DNA of 64,000 nucleotides from Dehalococcoidia bacterium (GCA_965207865.1 CBDBNP010000006.1:843147-907146), one strand, 5' to 3'; shown: positions 34,905 through 42,852, numbered from the stretch's first letter. The notes: generated by a model not told the origin, from the letters alone. Program-made: numbers and translations.

Positions 34905-34999
34905 GTCTGAACTGTGATTCGTTTGATTCAGTGATGGCTGTGATTTTCATTCCCCGGAATCAAGGCAATCGATGGATCACAAAAAATCACAGTTCAGAC
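34905..34999. repeat. family-C element: 15-bp perfect inverted repeats with internal TGTGAT/ATCACA iterations
   Basis: GTCTGAACTGTGATT (34905-34919) and AATCACAGTTCAGAC (34985-34999), in the divergent HpaB/ABM intergenic region. A related arm GTTTGAACTGTGATTCGTGTGATTTT lies at ~14203-14228. Confidence 0.8.
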
Positions 35000-35043
35000 T
35001 GTGGTAGGATGCTAGAGATTCCCACTATTGAGGAGATTGACCG

Positions 35044-35361
35044 ATGTACGTGATCATCGCGCCCATCCAGATCAAGCCGGGCTGCAAGGAGCAGTTCATG
35101 GAAGCCATCATCCCCGACGCCATTGGCTCGGTGAATGACGAACCCGGTTGCCATCGTTTCGACGTGATCCAGGACGCCGGCGACGAGAATCGCGTCTGGC
35201 TCTACGAGGTGTACGACGACGAGGCCGCCTTCCAGGCCCACACTGAGGCGCCGCACTTCATCAAGTTCCGCGACGCCGTGGCCGACATACGCGTCGATGG
35301 CATCCAGGGCGCGGCCCGCGGCAGTTACAACGTCTGGCCCACCGACTCCGAGTGGAAATAA
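35044..35361 (+). CDS. antibiotic-biosynthesis-monooxygenase (ABM) domain protein, YgiN-like
   Basis: 105 aa: MYVIIAPIQIKPGCKEQF...........EPGC.RFDV.QD...EN...LYEVY.DEAAF.AH...PHF..F. Confidence 0.8.
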   Translation: MYVIIAPIQIKPGCKEQFMEAIIPDAIGSVNDEPGCHRFDVIQDAGDENRVWLYEVYDDEAAFQAHTEAPHFIKFRDAVADIRVDGIQGAARGSYNVWPTDSEWK

Positions 35362-35436
35362 CCCGCTGATTCCCCCTCCCTCCAGGAGAGGGTAAGGGGT
35401 GAGTGCCTAGTTGAGCTGAAATTCGTATGTAGGGAA

Positions 35437-35763
35437 ATGTTCATGTACGTAATAATCGCGCCGATACAGATTAAAGAGGGGTGTAAGGACGAATTCGTCA
35501 AAGCCCTGCTGCCAAACGCCCAGGCGGCCGCCAACACGGAGCCGGGCTGCCTGCGTTTCGACGTGATCCAGGACGCCGGCGATCCCAACCGGCTCTGGGT
35601 CTATGAGATCTACGTGGACGAGGACGCCTTCCACGCCCACCAGGCATCTGATCATTACAAGAAGGCAATCGAGACCATGGGGCCTATGCGGGGAGACCCA
35701 GTGCTGCAGGGAGCGGCCCGCGGCAGCACCAATATCTGGCCGCCCGACTCCGAGTGGAAGTAG
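35437..35763 (+). CDS. ABM domain protein, tandem paralog
   Basis: 108 aa, clearly paralogous to 35044..35361 (MYVIIAPIQIKEGCKDEF...EPGCLRFDVIQDAGDPNRLWVYEIYVDEDAFHAH...; both end in DSEWK). The start may be ATG 35443. Confidence 0.8.
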   Translation: MFMYVIIAPIQIKEGCKDEFVKALLPNAQAAANTEPGCLRFDVIQDAGDPNRLWVYEIYVDEDAFHAHQASDHYKKAIETMGPMRGDPVLQGAARGSTNIWPPDSEWK

Positions 35764-35825
35764 GGTAACGCCCCACCCTGACCCTCCCCCCGAAGGAGAG
35801 GGAATTTTAGCCAGGGGAACGCACG

Positions 35826-36221
35826 ATGGCAAAAACGATATTGCAGAGCAGCGAAGTGGCAACGCCGGCTGGAATCATGTCCCAGGGCGTTGCGGTCCCG
35901 GCAGGACGAATGGTGTTCGCTTCTGGCCAGGTGGCTCGAGGTGTGGACGGCCAGCTGGTCGGACGCGGCGACATCCGCGCGCAGACCCGCAAGGTGCTGG
36001 AAAACACGCAGGCGGTGCTGGCGGAGGCTGGCGCCACCCTGGACGACGTCGTAAAGGTGACCGTGTTTGTCACTAACCTCGCCGAACATTTCTCGGCCAT
36101 CCACGAGGTTCGGGCCGAGTTCTTCTCGTCGGACTACCCGGCCAGCACACTGGTCGAGATCAGCCGGCTGGTGGACCCCGACATGCTCATCGAGATCGAG
36201 GCAATAGCCGTCGTTCAATAG
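35826..36221 (+). CDS. RidA/YjgF/UK114 family protein (third paralog)
   Basis: 131 aa: ...PAG.MSQGV.V.....VF.SGQV.......L.G.GDI.AQTR.VLEN..AVL.EAGATLDDVVKVTVFV.....F..........F....PA.T.VE...L....MLIEIEAIAV. Confidence 0.85.
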   Translation: MAKTILQSSEVATPAGIMSQGVAVPAGRMVFASGQVARGVDGQLVGRGDIRAQTRKVLENTQAVLAEAGATLDDVVKVTVFVTNLAEHFSAIHEVRAEFFSSDYPASTLVEISRLVDPDMLIEIEAIAVVQ

Positions 36222-36250
36222 GCGACGATTGGTGAATCCATAGACGCTGC

Positions 36251-36285
36251 AGGGGCGCACGACCGTGCGCCCCTGAGTGTTTTCC
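36251..36285 (+). terminator. intrinsic terminator-like hairpin
   Basis: AGGGGCGCAC-gacc-GTGCGCCCCT followed by GAGTGTTTTCC. Confidence 0.55.
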
Positions 36286-36343
36286 GTGCAGGTCCCCGGC
36301 ATTTCCCAGGCCCATTCGCCTTGCACCTGTGGAAGGAAGGGCG

Positions 36344-36862
36344 TTAGCCTCGATTGGCTGCTGCCGCGGCGGCCACGCCGTCCGGCACAAGGTCAGCCTC
36401 CCACGGACCAGGGAAATTGCCCTGGGGACGGTCGCCGCTCATGAACAGGTTTTCCTGGCGATGCCAGTCCTCACGCGGAGTCTCGTAGTAGACCTCGATG
36501 CCATTGCCGTCGGGGTCCTTGATGTAGATGCCCAGAGACAGGCCATGATCCGAGACACGCTGGATGGGCACATCCTTTTCCTTGAGGTTGTTGTAAAAGT
36601 CGGCCAGGTCCTCGAGGCTGCCCATCCGCCACGCCATGTGGTTGAGGCCAACCTGGCCAGCGCGAGGGCCCTCAGCATTCTCGCCCACTTCCATCAGCGC
36701 AATCTCGTGCGACTGGTTCAGGTCGGCGGACATGAAGGCGGCGCGCCCTTCCTTGAAGTCATAGGTATGCAGACCCAGGACGGACTCGTACCACTCGCGG
36801 GCATCTGCGGCGTTGCGGACATAGATGTTAACGTGTCCGAGGTAACTGGGTGTGAATCCCAT
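36344..36862 (-). CDS. VOC (glyoxalase/bleomycin-resistance/extradiol dioxygenase) family protein
   Basis: 172 aa: LGHVNIYVRNAADAREWYESVLGL......HEIAL.......GLNH.A......EDL.........G......DHG.S..IY..DPDGN.IEVYYE. Confidence 0.8.
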   Translation of the reverse strand: MGFTPSYLGHVNIYVRNAADAREWYESVLGLHTYDFKEGRAAFMSADLNQSHEIALMEVGENAEGPRAGQVGLNHMAWRMGSLEDLADFYNNLKEKDVPIQRVSDHGLSLGIYIKDPDGNGIEVYYETPREDWHRQENLFMSGDRPQGNFPGPWEADLVPDGVAAAAAANRG

Positions 36863-37033
36863 AGCGTTCCTCCTTTTTGAGTGCCTGTTGTGCAGGATAC
36901 GCTACCATATTGCGCTCGAAACCTGCAAGAAAAGGCGCATCAGGCACGCTTGCCGACGACCAATGGCGTAGCGGCGCGAGAGGAAAGGCGATGCTACAAT
37001 AATACTGTCGGCATCTAGGTGCCGGCGGCGAAC

Positions 37034-37109
37034 GGGCCGTTAGCTCAGTCGGCAGAGCACCGGACTTTTAATCCGGGTGTCGTGGGTTCGACCCCCACAC
37101 GGCCTACCA
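37034..37109 (+). tRNA. tRNA-Lys (anticodon UUU)
   Basis: Manual cloverleaf: acceptor GGGCCGT/ACGGCCT, D arm GCTC-AGTCGGCA-GAGC, anticodon arm CCGGA-CTTTTAA-TCCGG, variable GTGTC, T arm GTGGG-TTCGACC-CCCAC, discriminator A, encoded CCA. 76 nt. Confidence 0.92.
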
Positions 37110-37174
37110 ACACACCTCAGATTCACGCCAGCCTCCGTCGCAGCAACATGGATTGCGGAGTGGAGAAAACGTCA

Positions 37175-37645
37175 ATGGCAGGCAGGGCGCCCAGAAAGTC
37201 GAGCAGAGCCTCCGGGAAGGCCCTCCCGAAGAATGAAAAAGGGGTGGTGCTCCTATCCGGAGGCAACCCCCAGATCGCCAAGGCAGACGGCGACGAGCCG
37301 GTGCAGGCCTACATCGCAGCCATGCCCGAATGGAAAGGCGATATTGGACGCCAGATCGACTCTTTGATAGAGCGTACGGTTCCTGAGGTACGCAAGGCTG
37401 TGCGATGGAACTCGCCCTTCTACGGCGTTGAGGGGCAGGGATGGTTCCTGAGCTACCACGTCTTTGCCCGCTACGTGAAGGTGACGTTCCTCAATGGCTC
37501 GTCGCTCGACCCTCTGCCCCCGATAGAGTCCAAGGACAAGGATACGCGCTACTACCACATTTTCGAGGACGGTATCGCCGACGAGGAGCTCGTCGAAAGC
37601 TGGGTCCGGCAGGCAGCCTCGATTCCGGGTTGGCCCGGGTTCTGA
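37175..37645 (+). CDS. DUF1801 (YdhG-like) domain protein
   Basis: The track ORF 37019.. overlaps the tRNA. ATG 37175 is preceded by GGAGTGGAG. ...AYIAAMPEWKGDIGRQIDSLIERTVPEVRKAVRWNSPFYGVEGQGWFLSYHVFARYVKVTF is DUF1801-like. Confidence 0.7.
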   Translation: MAGRAPRKSSRASGKALPKNEKGVVLLSGGNPQIAKADGDEPVQAYIAAMPEWKGDIGRQIDSLIERTVPEVRKAVRWNSPFYGVEGQGWFLSYHVFARYVKVTFLNGSSLDPLPPIESKDKDTRYYHIFEDGIADEELVESWVRQAASIPGWPGF

Positions 37646-37886
37646 ACGTCTGGGAGTCGCGATAGCAGACTGGGGTTGTTTCGGAGCCTGAAAGCCGCCG
37701 GGTTTGAAGCTGAACCTGTTTCCCGATCGGAATCCTGGGGCAAGGATGGGATATCGCTCTGGTTTGAGCGAATCCGGTGCCACTCTTAAATCGATGCTCA
37801 ATGAAATCGGCGACTATTGGGAGGATGACACTTCGTCGCGTCCCGCCTCCCCTCCGCAACAGATGCCACAGCAACAGGTATCCAAT

Positions 37887-38074
37887 CGAGTATTCGTTGT
37901 CCTCGGCAGGGATGGGCCGTCAGGGATTCTGTTGCAAGATTCCTCGATGGTCTCGATCTTGAACCTGTCATTCTGCAGGAACAGCCCAGCGAAGGCCGGA
38001 CAATCATCGAGAAATTCGAGGACTATTCCGACGTAGGATATGCAATAGTCCTGTGTACTTCAGACGATGTTTGA
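37887..38074 (+). pseudogene. decayed TIR-like nucleotide-binding protein gene (pfam10137/COG4271-type) fragment
   Basis: One frame gives [10 protein letters not shown]. After a frameshift the next gives [49 protein letters not shown]. This mirrors the N-terminal half of bacterial TIR-like proteins (VFIVHG.D......V..FLE.LGLEP.IL.EQ...G.TIIEKFE......FA.VLLTPDD). The remainder is broken by stops. Low-GC patch. Confidence 0.55.
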
Positions 38075-38316
38075 GCTTTAGCAGCCGAACAGGATAAACC
38101 GCATCCTCGTCCCAGACCAAATGAGGGGAAGGTTGGGAGCTGACACTAGCCAGAGAAATACGAGCGGCAGGCATGGACATTGACCTGAATCGGATAGCGT
38201 AGGCCCCAAGTGATTGGCCCATCGGCGATGCAGAGTATTGGCAAATACCGTAGGCTGGCGTTATAGTAGGCACTACTAGAAAAGCGACTCAAACGGAGTC
38301 CGCTGCGGAGGGAATT

Positions 38317-38772
38317 ATGGCGAAGCCGAAGAGGATCGGGCATCTGGTAATCAACGTCAAGGACCAGGACGCCTCGACAAGGTTCTACACCGAGGTCTTG
38401 GGATTCGAGATCGCCGTGGAGCGGCCGGGCTTCGGCACGTTCCTGACCTGCGGCCGCGTCCACCACGACTTGGCCCTGTTCCAAGCCAAGGAAGGCGCGC
38501 AGGAAGTCGTCGACGGCGGCTTGGGCCTGAACCACATGGCCATCCAGGTCGAAGACTACGAGGAGCTGAAGGACTACTACAACAAGCTCCAGGAGTACTA
38601 CGAGGTCGACAAGCTGCGGACCGTCGACCACAGCATGACCAAGAGTATCTACATCCAGGACCCGGACGGCAACGGCATCGAGCTGTTCTGCAACTCCTTC
38701 GACAGCGCTGAGGAAGGGCTGGAAGAGATGCGCCGCCCCGGCCGACAGAACACCGCGCTGGTCTTCGACTAG
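38317..38772 (+). CDS. VOC family protein (glyoxalase/dioxygenase fold)
   Basis: 151 aa: IGHLVINVKDQDASTRFYTEVLGFE........HHDLALF.......GLNHMA..V.....L..........D.SIYI.DPDGNGIELF. Confidence 0.8.
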   Translation: MAKPKRIGHLVINVKDQDASTRFYTEVLGFEIAVERPGFGTFLTCGRVHHDLALFQAKEGAQEVVDGGLGLNHMAIQVEDYEELKDYYNKLQEYYEVDKLRTVDHSMTKSIYIQDPDGNGIELFCNSFDSAEEGLEEMRRPGRQNTALVFD

Positions 38773-38825
38773 GCGACCCCCACCTTAATCCTCCCCCATG
38801 AGGGAGAGGGAACACAGAAAGCCGT

Positions 38826-38859
38826 AGGGGCGCACATGGGTGCGCCCCTATATTTGTGT
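38826..38859 (+). terminator. intrinsic terminator-like hairpin
   Basis: AGGGGCGCAC-atgg-GTGCGCCCCT followed by ATATTTGTGT. Confidence 0.55.
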
Positions 38860-38870
38860 CAGGGAGGAGA

Positions 38871-39638
38871 ATGTCAGCTGAGCCAAATATACGCATCAGG
38901 GCTGCGGCCCTGGACCTGGATGGCACGATCATCGGGGCTGACGAACTGGTCACGCCAGCGGTCAAGGATGCCATCGCCCGCCTGTCTGCGCGTATTCCGG
39001 TGTTCATCGCCACAGGGCGGGAGCCCCAGGATGTGTTCAAGTACGCCGACCAGCTGGGCCTGACCGGGCCGCAACTGTCCGACGGCGGCGCGGCCATCCT
39101 CGACCCCGTGAACCGCACGCACATGTGGAGCGCCAACCTGGGCCCGGAGCTGGCGTCGGAGGTGCTGGGGATTATCGGCGAGCTGAACTCCAACTTTGTC
39201 GCCACCCACGGACGCGGCACCTTCCGCAGGGTCAGTGATCTCCCCGATCACGAGATCGTGCGAATATCTGCGCTGGACCTCTCCCGCGAGTCCGCGCAGG
39301 AACTGACACGGCGCTACCATGACCACCCGCGGATCAGCGTCATCCTGGCGTCGTTGCCCTACAACGGCCTGTGGGCGGTGGACTTCACCTCGAAGGGAGT
39401 CAATAAGGGCACGGGCATCGCCCGTATGGGCGAGATGCTGGGAGTGGAACCAGCGGAGATGGCCTGCGTCGGCGACAGCTACAACGACCTGCCCATGTTC
39501 GCAGCTGCCGGGCTGCCCATCGCCATGGGAGGCGCGCCCGACGACATCAGGAGTGCCGCAGCGTTATCCGTTCCGAAGGTGGAGGAGGACGGACTGGCGT
39601 TCGCTATCGAGAACCACATCCTGACGAGGGTCGGTTAA
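38871..39638 (+). CDS. Cof-type HAD-IIB family hydrolase
   Basis: GGGAGGAG before ATG 38871. Motif I LDLDGTII, motif II-like ATGR, KG..I.......G, motif III GDSYNDLPMF. Confidence 0.85.
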   Translation: MSAEPNIRIRAAALDLDGTIIGADELVTPAVKDAIARLSARIPVFIATGREPQDVFKYADQLGLTGPQLSDGGAAILDPVNRTHMWSANLGPELASEVLGIIGELNSNFVATHGRGTFRRVSDLPDHEIVRISALDLSRESAQELTRRYHDHPRISVILASLPYNGLWAVDFTSKGVNKGTGIARMGEMLGVEPAEMACVGDSYNDLPMFAAAGLPIAMGGAPDDIRSAAALSVPKVEEDGLAFAIENHILTRVG

Positions 39639-39644
39639 CCAAAG

Positions 39645-39715
39645 AGTACACAGAGGCCACTGAGATAAATTGAGGCCAGTTCAAGAAAAGTTCTGTGTCC
39701 TCCGTGTTCTATGTA
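39645..39715. repeat. family-A repeat, degenerate copy
   Basis: AGTACACAGAGGCCACTGAG...TTCTGTGTCCTCCGTGTTCTATGTA between the HAD and LLM genes. Confidence 0.6.
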
Positions 39716-39726
39716 GTAGATAGCCA

Positions 39727-40809
39727 CTAGCGCAGGGCCGGGGCGACTTCGGTGGCGAAGCGCTTTACCGATGCCAGTACCTTCTCCTTGGCGATGCCTC
39801 CGCCCACGTTGACTTCGGCCACCACGCCCGACAGTCCCTGCTCCTCGATGATGTCGCGCAGCAGGCGCGATACGGTCTCGGGGTTGCCGTAGGCCAGCCG
39901 GTCACGCAGCAGGTCCTCGTAGGTGATCGACGAAAGCTGGTGGCCGCGCTGGACGCGCTCCTCGCTGGGAGTGGCACCGGCCACGGCGGCGCTGTTCAGA
40001 AAGTTCTGGGCCAGCCGCCTGTAGGCCCGCATTGTGGACTCCTCGGCGTCGGCATAGGCCTGTTCATCGGTCTCGCCGACATACACAGGGAGGCGCAGGA
40101 AGACGCTGGTATCCGCCTTGTGGCCGGCATCCTTCCAGGCGGCCCGGTACTCGTTCAGGCTGGCGGCGAGGGTCGGCCGGTCCATTCCCCTCAGTCCGAC
40201 GAAGACCGGTAGGCCCTGACGGCCCACCTGGGGGAACGTCTCCTTTGTCGTGGCGGCAATGCGCAGGGGCGGATGGGGTTTCTGGTACGGCTTGGGGATC
40301 ACGCACACGTCGTTGAACTGGTAGTACTTGCCCTCGTAGGAGAACCGCTCGTTGGACCAGGCGGCCAGGATGATCTCGAGGGATTCCTGGAAACGCTCGC
40401 GGCTCTCGGCGTAGGAGATGCCGTAGCCCTCGTAAGCGCGGGCAAAGCCGCTGCGGCCCACGCCGAACTCCACCCGGCCATGGCTGATCTGGTCTACGGT
40501 GGCGACCTCCTCGGCCAGCCGGATGGGGTGCGCCAGCGGCAGCACGTTTACCGCCACACCCACGCGGAGGCTCTGGTACCGGGCAACGATGGCAGATGAA
40601 ATGATCAGTGGCGCGGAGACCACCGAGGGTATGCCGGCGCCCATGGTGTCCAGCGGACTGCGCGGCGCGGCGAAGTGCCGTTCCGCCAGCCACACGCCGT
40701 CCAGTCCGCCCATCTCGGCGGCCTCGGCCATGGCAAACGCCTCATCGAACGCGGCCTCCTCGGTCTCGCCGTAGCGGTAGTCGCATTCCATCACCAGTCC
40801 GACGTGCAT
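39727..40809 (-). CDS. LLM-class flavin-dependent oxidoreductase (paralog 1 of a tandem pair)
   Basis: 360 aa: MHVGLVMECDYRYGETEEAAFDEAF..AEAAEMGGLDGVWLAERHF......, LLM pattern. Collinear and highly similar to 40981..42063. Confidence 0.85.
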   Translation of the reverse strand: MHVGLVMECDYRYGETEEAAFDEAFAMAEAAEMGGLDGVWLAERHFAAPRSPLDTMGAGIPSVVSAPLIISSAIVARYQSLRVGVAVNVLPLAHPIRLAEEVATVDQISHGRVEFGVGRSGFARAYEGYGISYAESRERFQESLEIILAAWSNERFSYEGKYYQFNDVCVIPKPYQKPHPPLRIAATTKETFPQVGRQGLPVFVGLRGMDRPTLAASLNEYRAAWKDAGHKADTSVFLRLPVYVGETDEQAYADAEESTMRAYRRLAQNFLNSAAVAGATPSEERVQRGHQLSSITYEDLLRDRLAYGNPETVSRLLRDIIEEQGLSGVVAEVNVGGGIAKEKVLASVKRFATEVAPALR

Positions 40810-40845
40810 GCACCCTCTCCTGATATGGCCGCAGTATCAGTCTCG

Positions 40846-40874
40846 ATTCTAGGTTGCCCCCTATGCAGTGTCAA
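40846..40874 (-). promoter_or_regulatory. near-consensus sigma70-type promoter for LLM paralog 1
   Basis: Minus strand TTGACA (rc of 40869-40874), 17 nt, TAGAAT (rc of 40846-40851), ~37 nt upstream of ATG 40809. Confidence 0.5.
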
Positions 40875-40890
40875 ACCTGCCGGGCGTAGG

Positions 40891-40973
40891 TTCACCACAG
40901 AGCACACGAAGCACAGGGAGGTTAATTCAGACCCAAGAAAGAGATCTCTGAGCCCCCGTGTTATCCGTGGTTG
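40891..40973. repeat. family-A repeat, degenerate copy
   Basis: TTCACCACAGAGCACACGAAGCACAGGGAGG...CTCTGAGCCCCCGTGTTATCCGTGGTTGA between the two LLM paralogs. Confidence 0.6.
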
Positions 40974-40980
40974 ATGGCCG

Positions 40981-42063
40981 CTAGCGCAGGTTGGGGGCCA
41001 CTTCTGAGGTGAACCGTTTGACCGATGCGAGGACCTTGTCTTTGGAGATGCCGCCGCCGACATTCACCTCGGCGATCACGCCATCCAGCCCCAATTCCTC
41101 GATGATCTCGCGCAGCAGCTTGGTGACGGTGTCAGGATTGCCGTAGGCAAGGCGATCTCGCAGTAGTTCCCTGTACGTGATGTTGGAAATTTGCTGGGCC
41201 CGCCGGACACCTTCCTCGTCGGGTGTTGCTCCGGCAACGGTGGCGCTGATTAGGAAACTCTGGCCCAGGCGGCGGAAGGCCTGCATGGTGGAGTTCTCAG
41301 CCTCGGCGAAAGCCTGCTCGTCGGTCTCGCCCACGTATACGGGTATACGCAGATAGACGCTGTCATCGCCCTTGTGGCCGGCGTCCTTCCTCGCTGCGCG
41401 GTACTCGCCCAGGCATTCGGCCAGCTCGGGGCGGTCGAGACCGCGGAGGCCTACGAACACCGGCAGACCAGAGCGCCCCACCTGGGGGAAGGTCGGTTTC
41501 GTGGTGGCTGCAACACGCAGCGGCGGATGCGGCTTCTGGAAGGGCTTGGGGACGACGCAGACCTCGTCGAACTTGTAGTACTTGCCCTCATATGAGAACC
41601 GCTCATTGGTCCAAACGGCCAGGATGACGTCGAGACATTCCTGGAACCGCTCACGGCTCTCCGCGTAGGAGATGCCGTAACAATCATAGGCCCGGTGAAA
41701 GCCGCTGCGACCAACGCCGAACTCCACGCGCCCCTGGCTGATGTGGTCGATGGTAGCGACCTCCTCCGCCATCCGGATGGGGTGAGCCAGGGGGAGCACG
41801 TTCACCGCGACCCCAACGCGCAGGTGCTGGTACCGGGCCACGATGGCAGTGGACATGATCAGCGGCGCAGACACCACCGACGGTATGCCAAATCCGCCGG
41901 TGTCCAGCGCGTTGACCGGAGCGGCAAAGTGCCGCTCCGACAGCCAGACGCCGTCCAGCCCGCCCATCTCGGCGGCATCTGCCGTGGCGAAGGCCTCGTC
42001 AAAAGCGGCCTGCTCGGTCTCTCCGTAGCGGTAGTCGCATTCCATCACGAGGCCGATGTGCAT
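40981..42063 (-). CDS. LLM-class flavin-dependent oxidoreductase (paralog 2)
   Basis: 360 aa: MHIGLVMECDYRYGETEQAAFDEAFATADAAEMGGLDGVWLSERHF... Same length as paralog 1, with most positions identical or conservative by eye. Confidence 0.85.
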   Translation of the reverse strand: MHIGLVMECDYRYGETEQAAFDEAFATADAAEMGGLDGVWLSERHFAAPVNALDTGGFGIPSVVSAPLIMSTAIVARYQHLRVGVAVNVLPLAHPIRMAEEVATIDHISQGRVEFGVGRSGFHRAYDCYGISYAESRERFQECLDVILAVWTNERFSYEGKYYKFDEVCVVPKPFQKPHPPLRVAATTKPTFPQVGRSGLPVFVGLRGLDRPELAECLGEYRAARKDAGHKGDDSVYLRIPVYVGETDEQAFAEAENSTMQAFRRLGQSFLISATVAGATPDEEGVRRAQQISNITYRELLRDRLAYGNPDTVTKLLREIIEELGLDGVIAEVNVGGGISKDKVLASVKRFTSEVAPNLR

Positions 42064-42097
42064 GAATCCTCCAGCATTTGCGCCTGTCTGATAGTCG

Positions 42098-42127
42098 ATT
42101 CTAGGTTGACGCTGAAAACCGTGTCAA
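42098..42127 (-). promoter_or_regulatory. near-consensus sigma70-type promoter for LLM paralog 2
   Basis: Minus strand TTGACA (rc of 42122-42127), 18 nt, TAGAAT (rc of 42098-42103). Same architecture as the paralog-1 promoter. Confidence 0.5.
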
Positions 42128-42168
42128 ACTTGTCCGGCGTGTGTCGGGGGCCGTGATAGAATCCGGAA

Positions 42169-42813
42169 ATGACGGACTTGGCCAGATCCCGGGCCGCATT
42201 GATGGATCAGCTGGCCCGCCGCATTCGCTCACCCGAGGTGATGCGCGCCCTGGAGGCGGTGCCTCGGGAACGGTTCGTGCCGACCGAGTTGCGCAGCATG
42301 TCCTACCAGGACATCCCGCTGCCCATCGGGGAAGGTCAGACTATTTCGCAGCCGACCATGGTGGCCGAGATGACGGCGGCCCTCCGGCTCTCTCCGAGAG
42401 AGAAAGTCCTCGAGGTTGGTTGTGGCTCAGGCTACCAGGCAGCGGTGCTGGCCCATCTCGCCTCCGAAGGACTGGTGGTCACGGTGGAGCGGCTGCAGGG
42501 TCTGGCCACTCGCGCCGAGGCGACGCTGCAGGAACTTGACTACCGCAACGTGGTGGTGGAGCTGACAGGGCCGGTGCCCGGCTGCCCCGAGCGTGGACCC
42601 TACGATGCCATCCTGGTTGCCGCCGCCGCCCCAGCGATTCCGCCGTCGCTGCTGGCGCAGCTGCGCGTTGGAGGCAGGATGGCCCTGCCCGTGGGCCCCC
42701 GTGAGGAGCAGGAACTGCTGCTGGTACTGAAGACCGGCGAGGGAGTCTCGGTCAGCACCCTAGGCCGCTGCCGCTTCGTCCCGCTGCTGGGCGCCGAGGG
42801 CTTTGGGGAGTAG
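42169..42813 (+). CDS. pcm: protein-L-isoaspartate O-methyltransferase
   Basis: ...AL..VPRE.FVP.......Y.D.PLPIG.GQTISQP.MVA.MT.AL.L....KVLEVGCGSGYQAAVLA.L...V.TVER......A......L.Y.NV.V..... is a clear PCMT signature. Confidence 0.9.
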   Translation: MTDLARSRAALMDQLARRIRSPEVMRALEAVPRERFVPTELRSMSYQDIPLPIGEGQTISQPTMVAEMTAALRLSPREKVLEVGCGSGYQAAVLAHLASEGLVVTVERLQGLATRAEATLQELDYRNVVVELTGPVPGCPERGPYDAILVAAAAPAIPPSLLAQLRVGGRMALPVGPREEQELLLVLKTGEGVSVSTLGRCRFVPLLGAEGFGE

Positions 42814-42852
42814 CCACGTACTGGCAGCGACGTGGGCGCTACTCATGCCAGT

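Noticed and set aside
33911-35053. 380-aa plus-strand ORF and 33108..33995 minus-strand ORF over the HpaB-family gene
   Set aside because: Antisense or out of frame to the 484-aa HpaB-like ORF, which has a good N-terminal family pattern. They also run through the family-A and family-C repeats.
37019-37174. N-terminal 52 codons of track ORF 37019..37645
   Set aside because: This part overlaps tRNA-Lys (37034..37109) on the same strand. An internal ATG at 37175 with an SD gives a normal-length DUF1801 protein.
38357-39220. 287-aa minus-strand ORF spanning the VOC and HAD genes
   Set aside because: It crosses an intergenic terminator hairpin and two well-supported plus-strand genes. Pro/Arg/Ser-rich.
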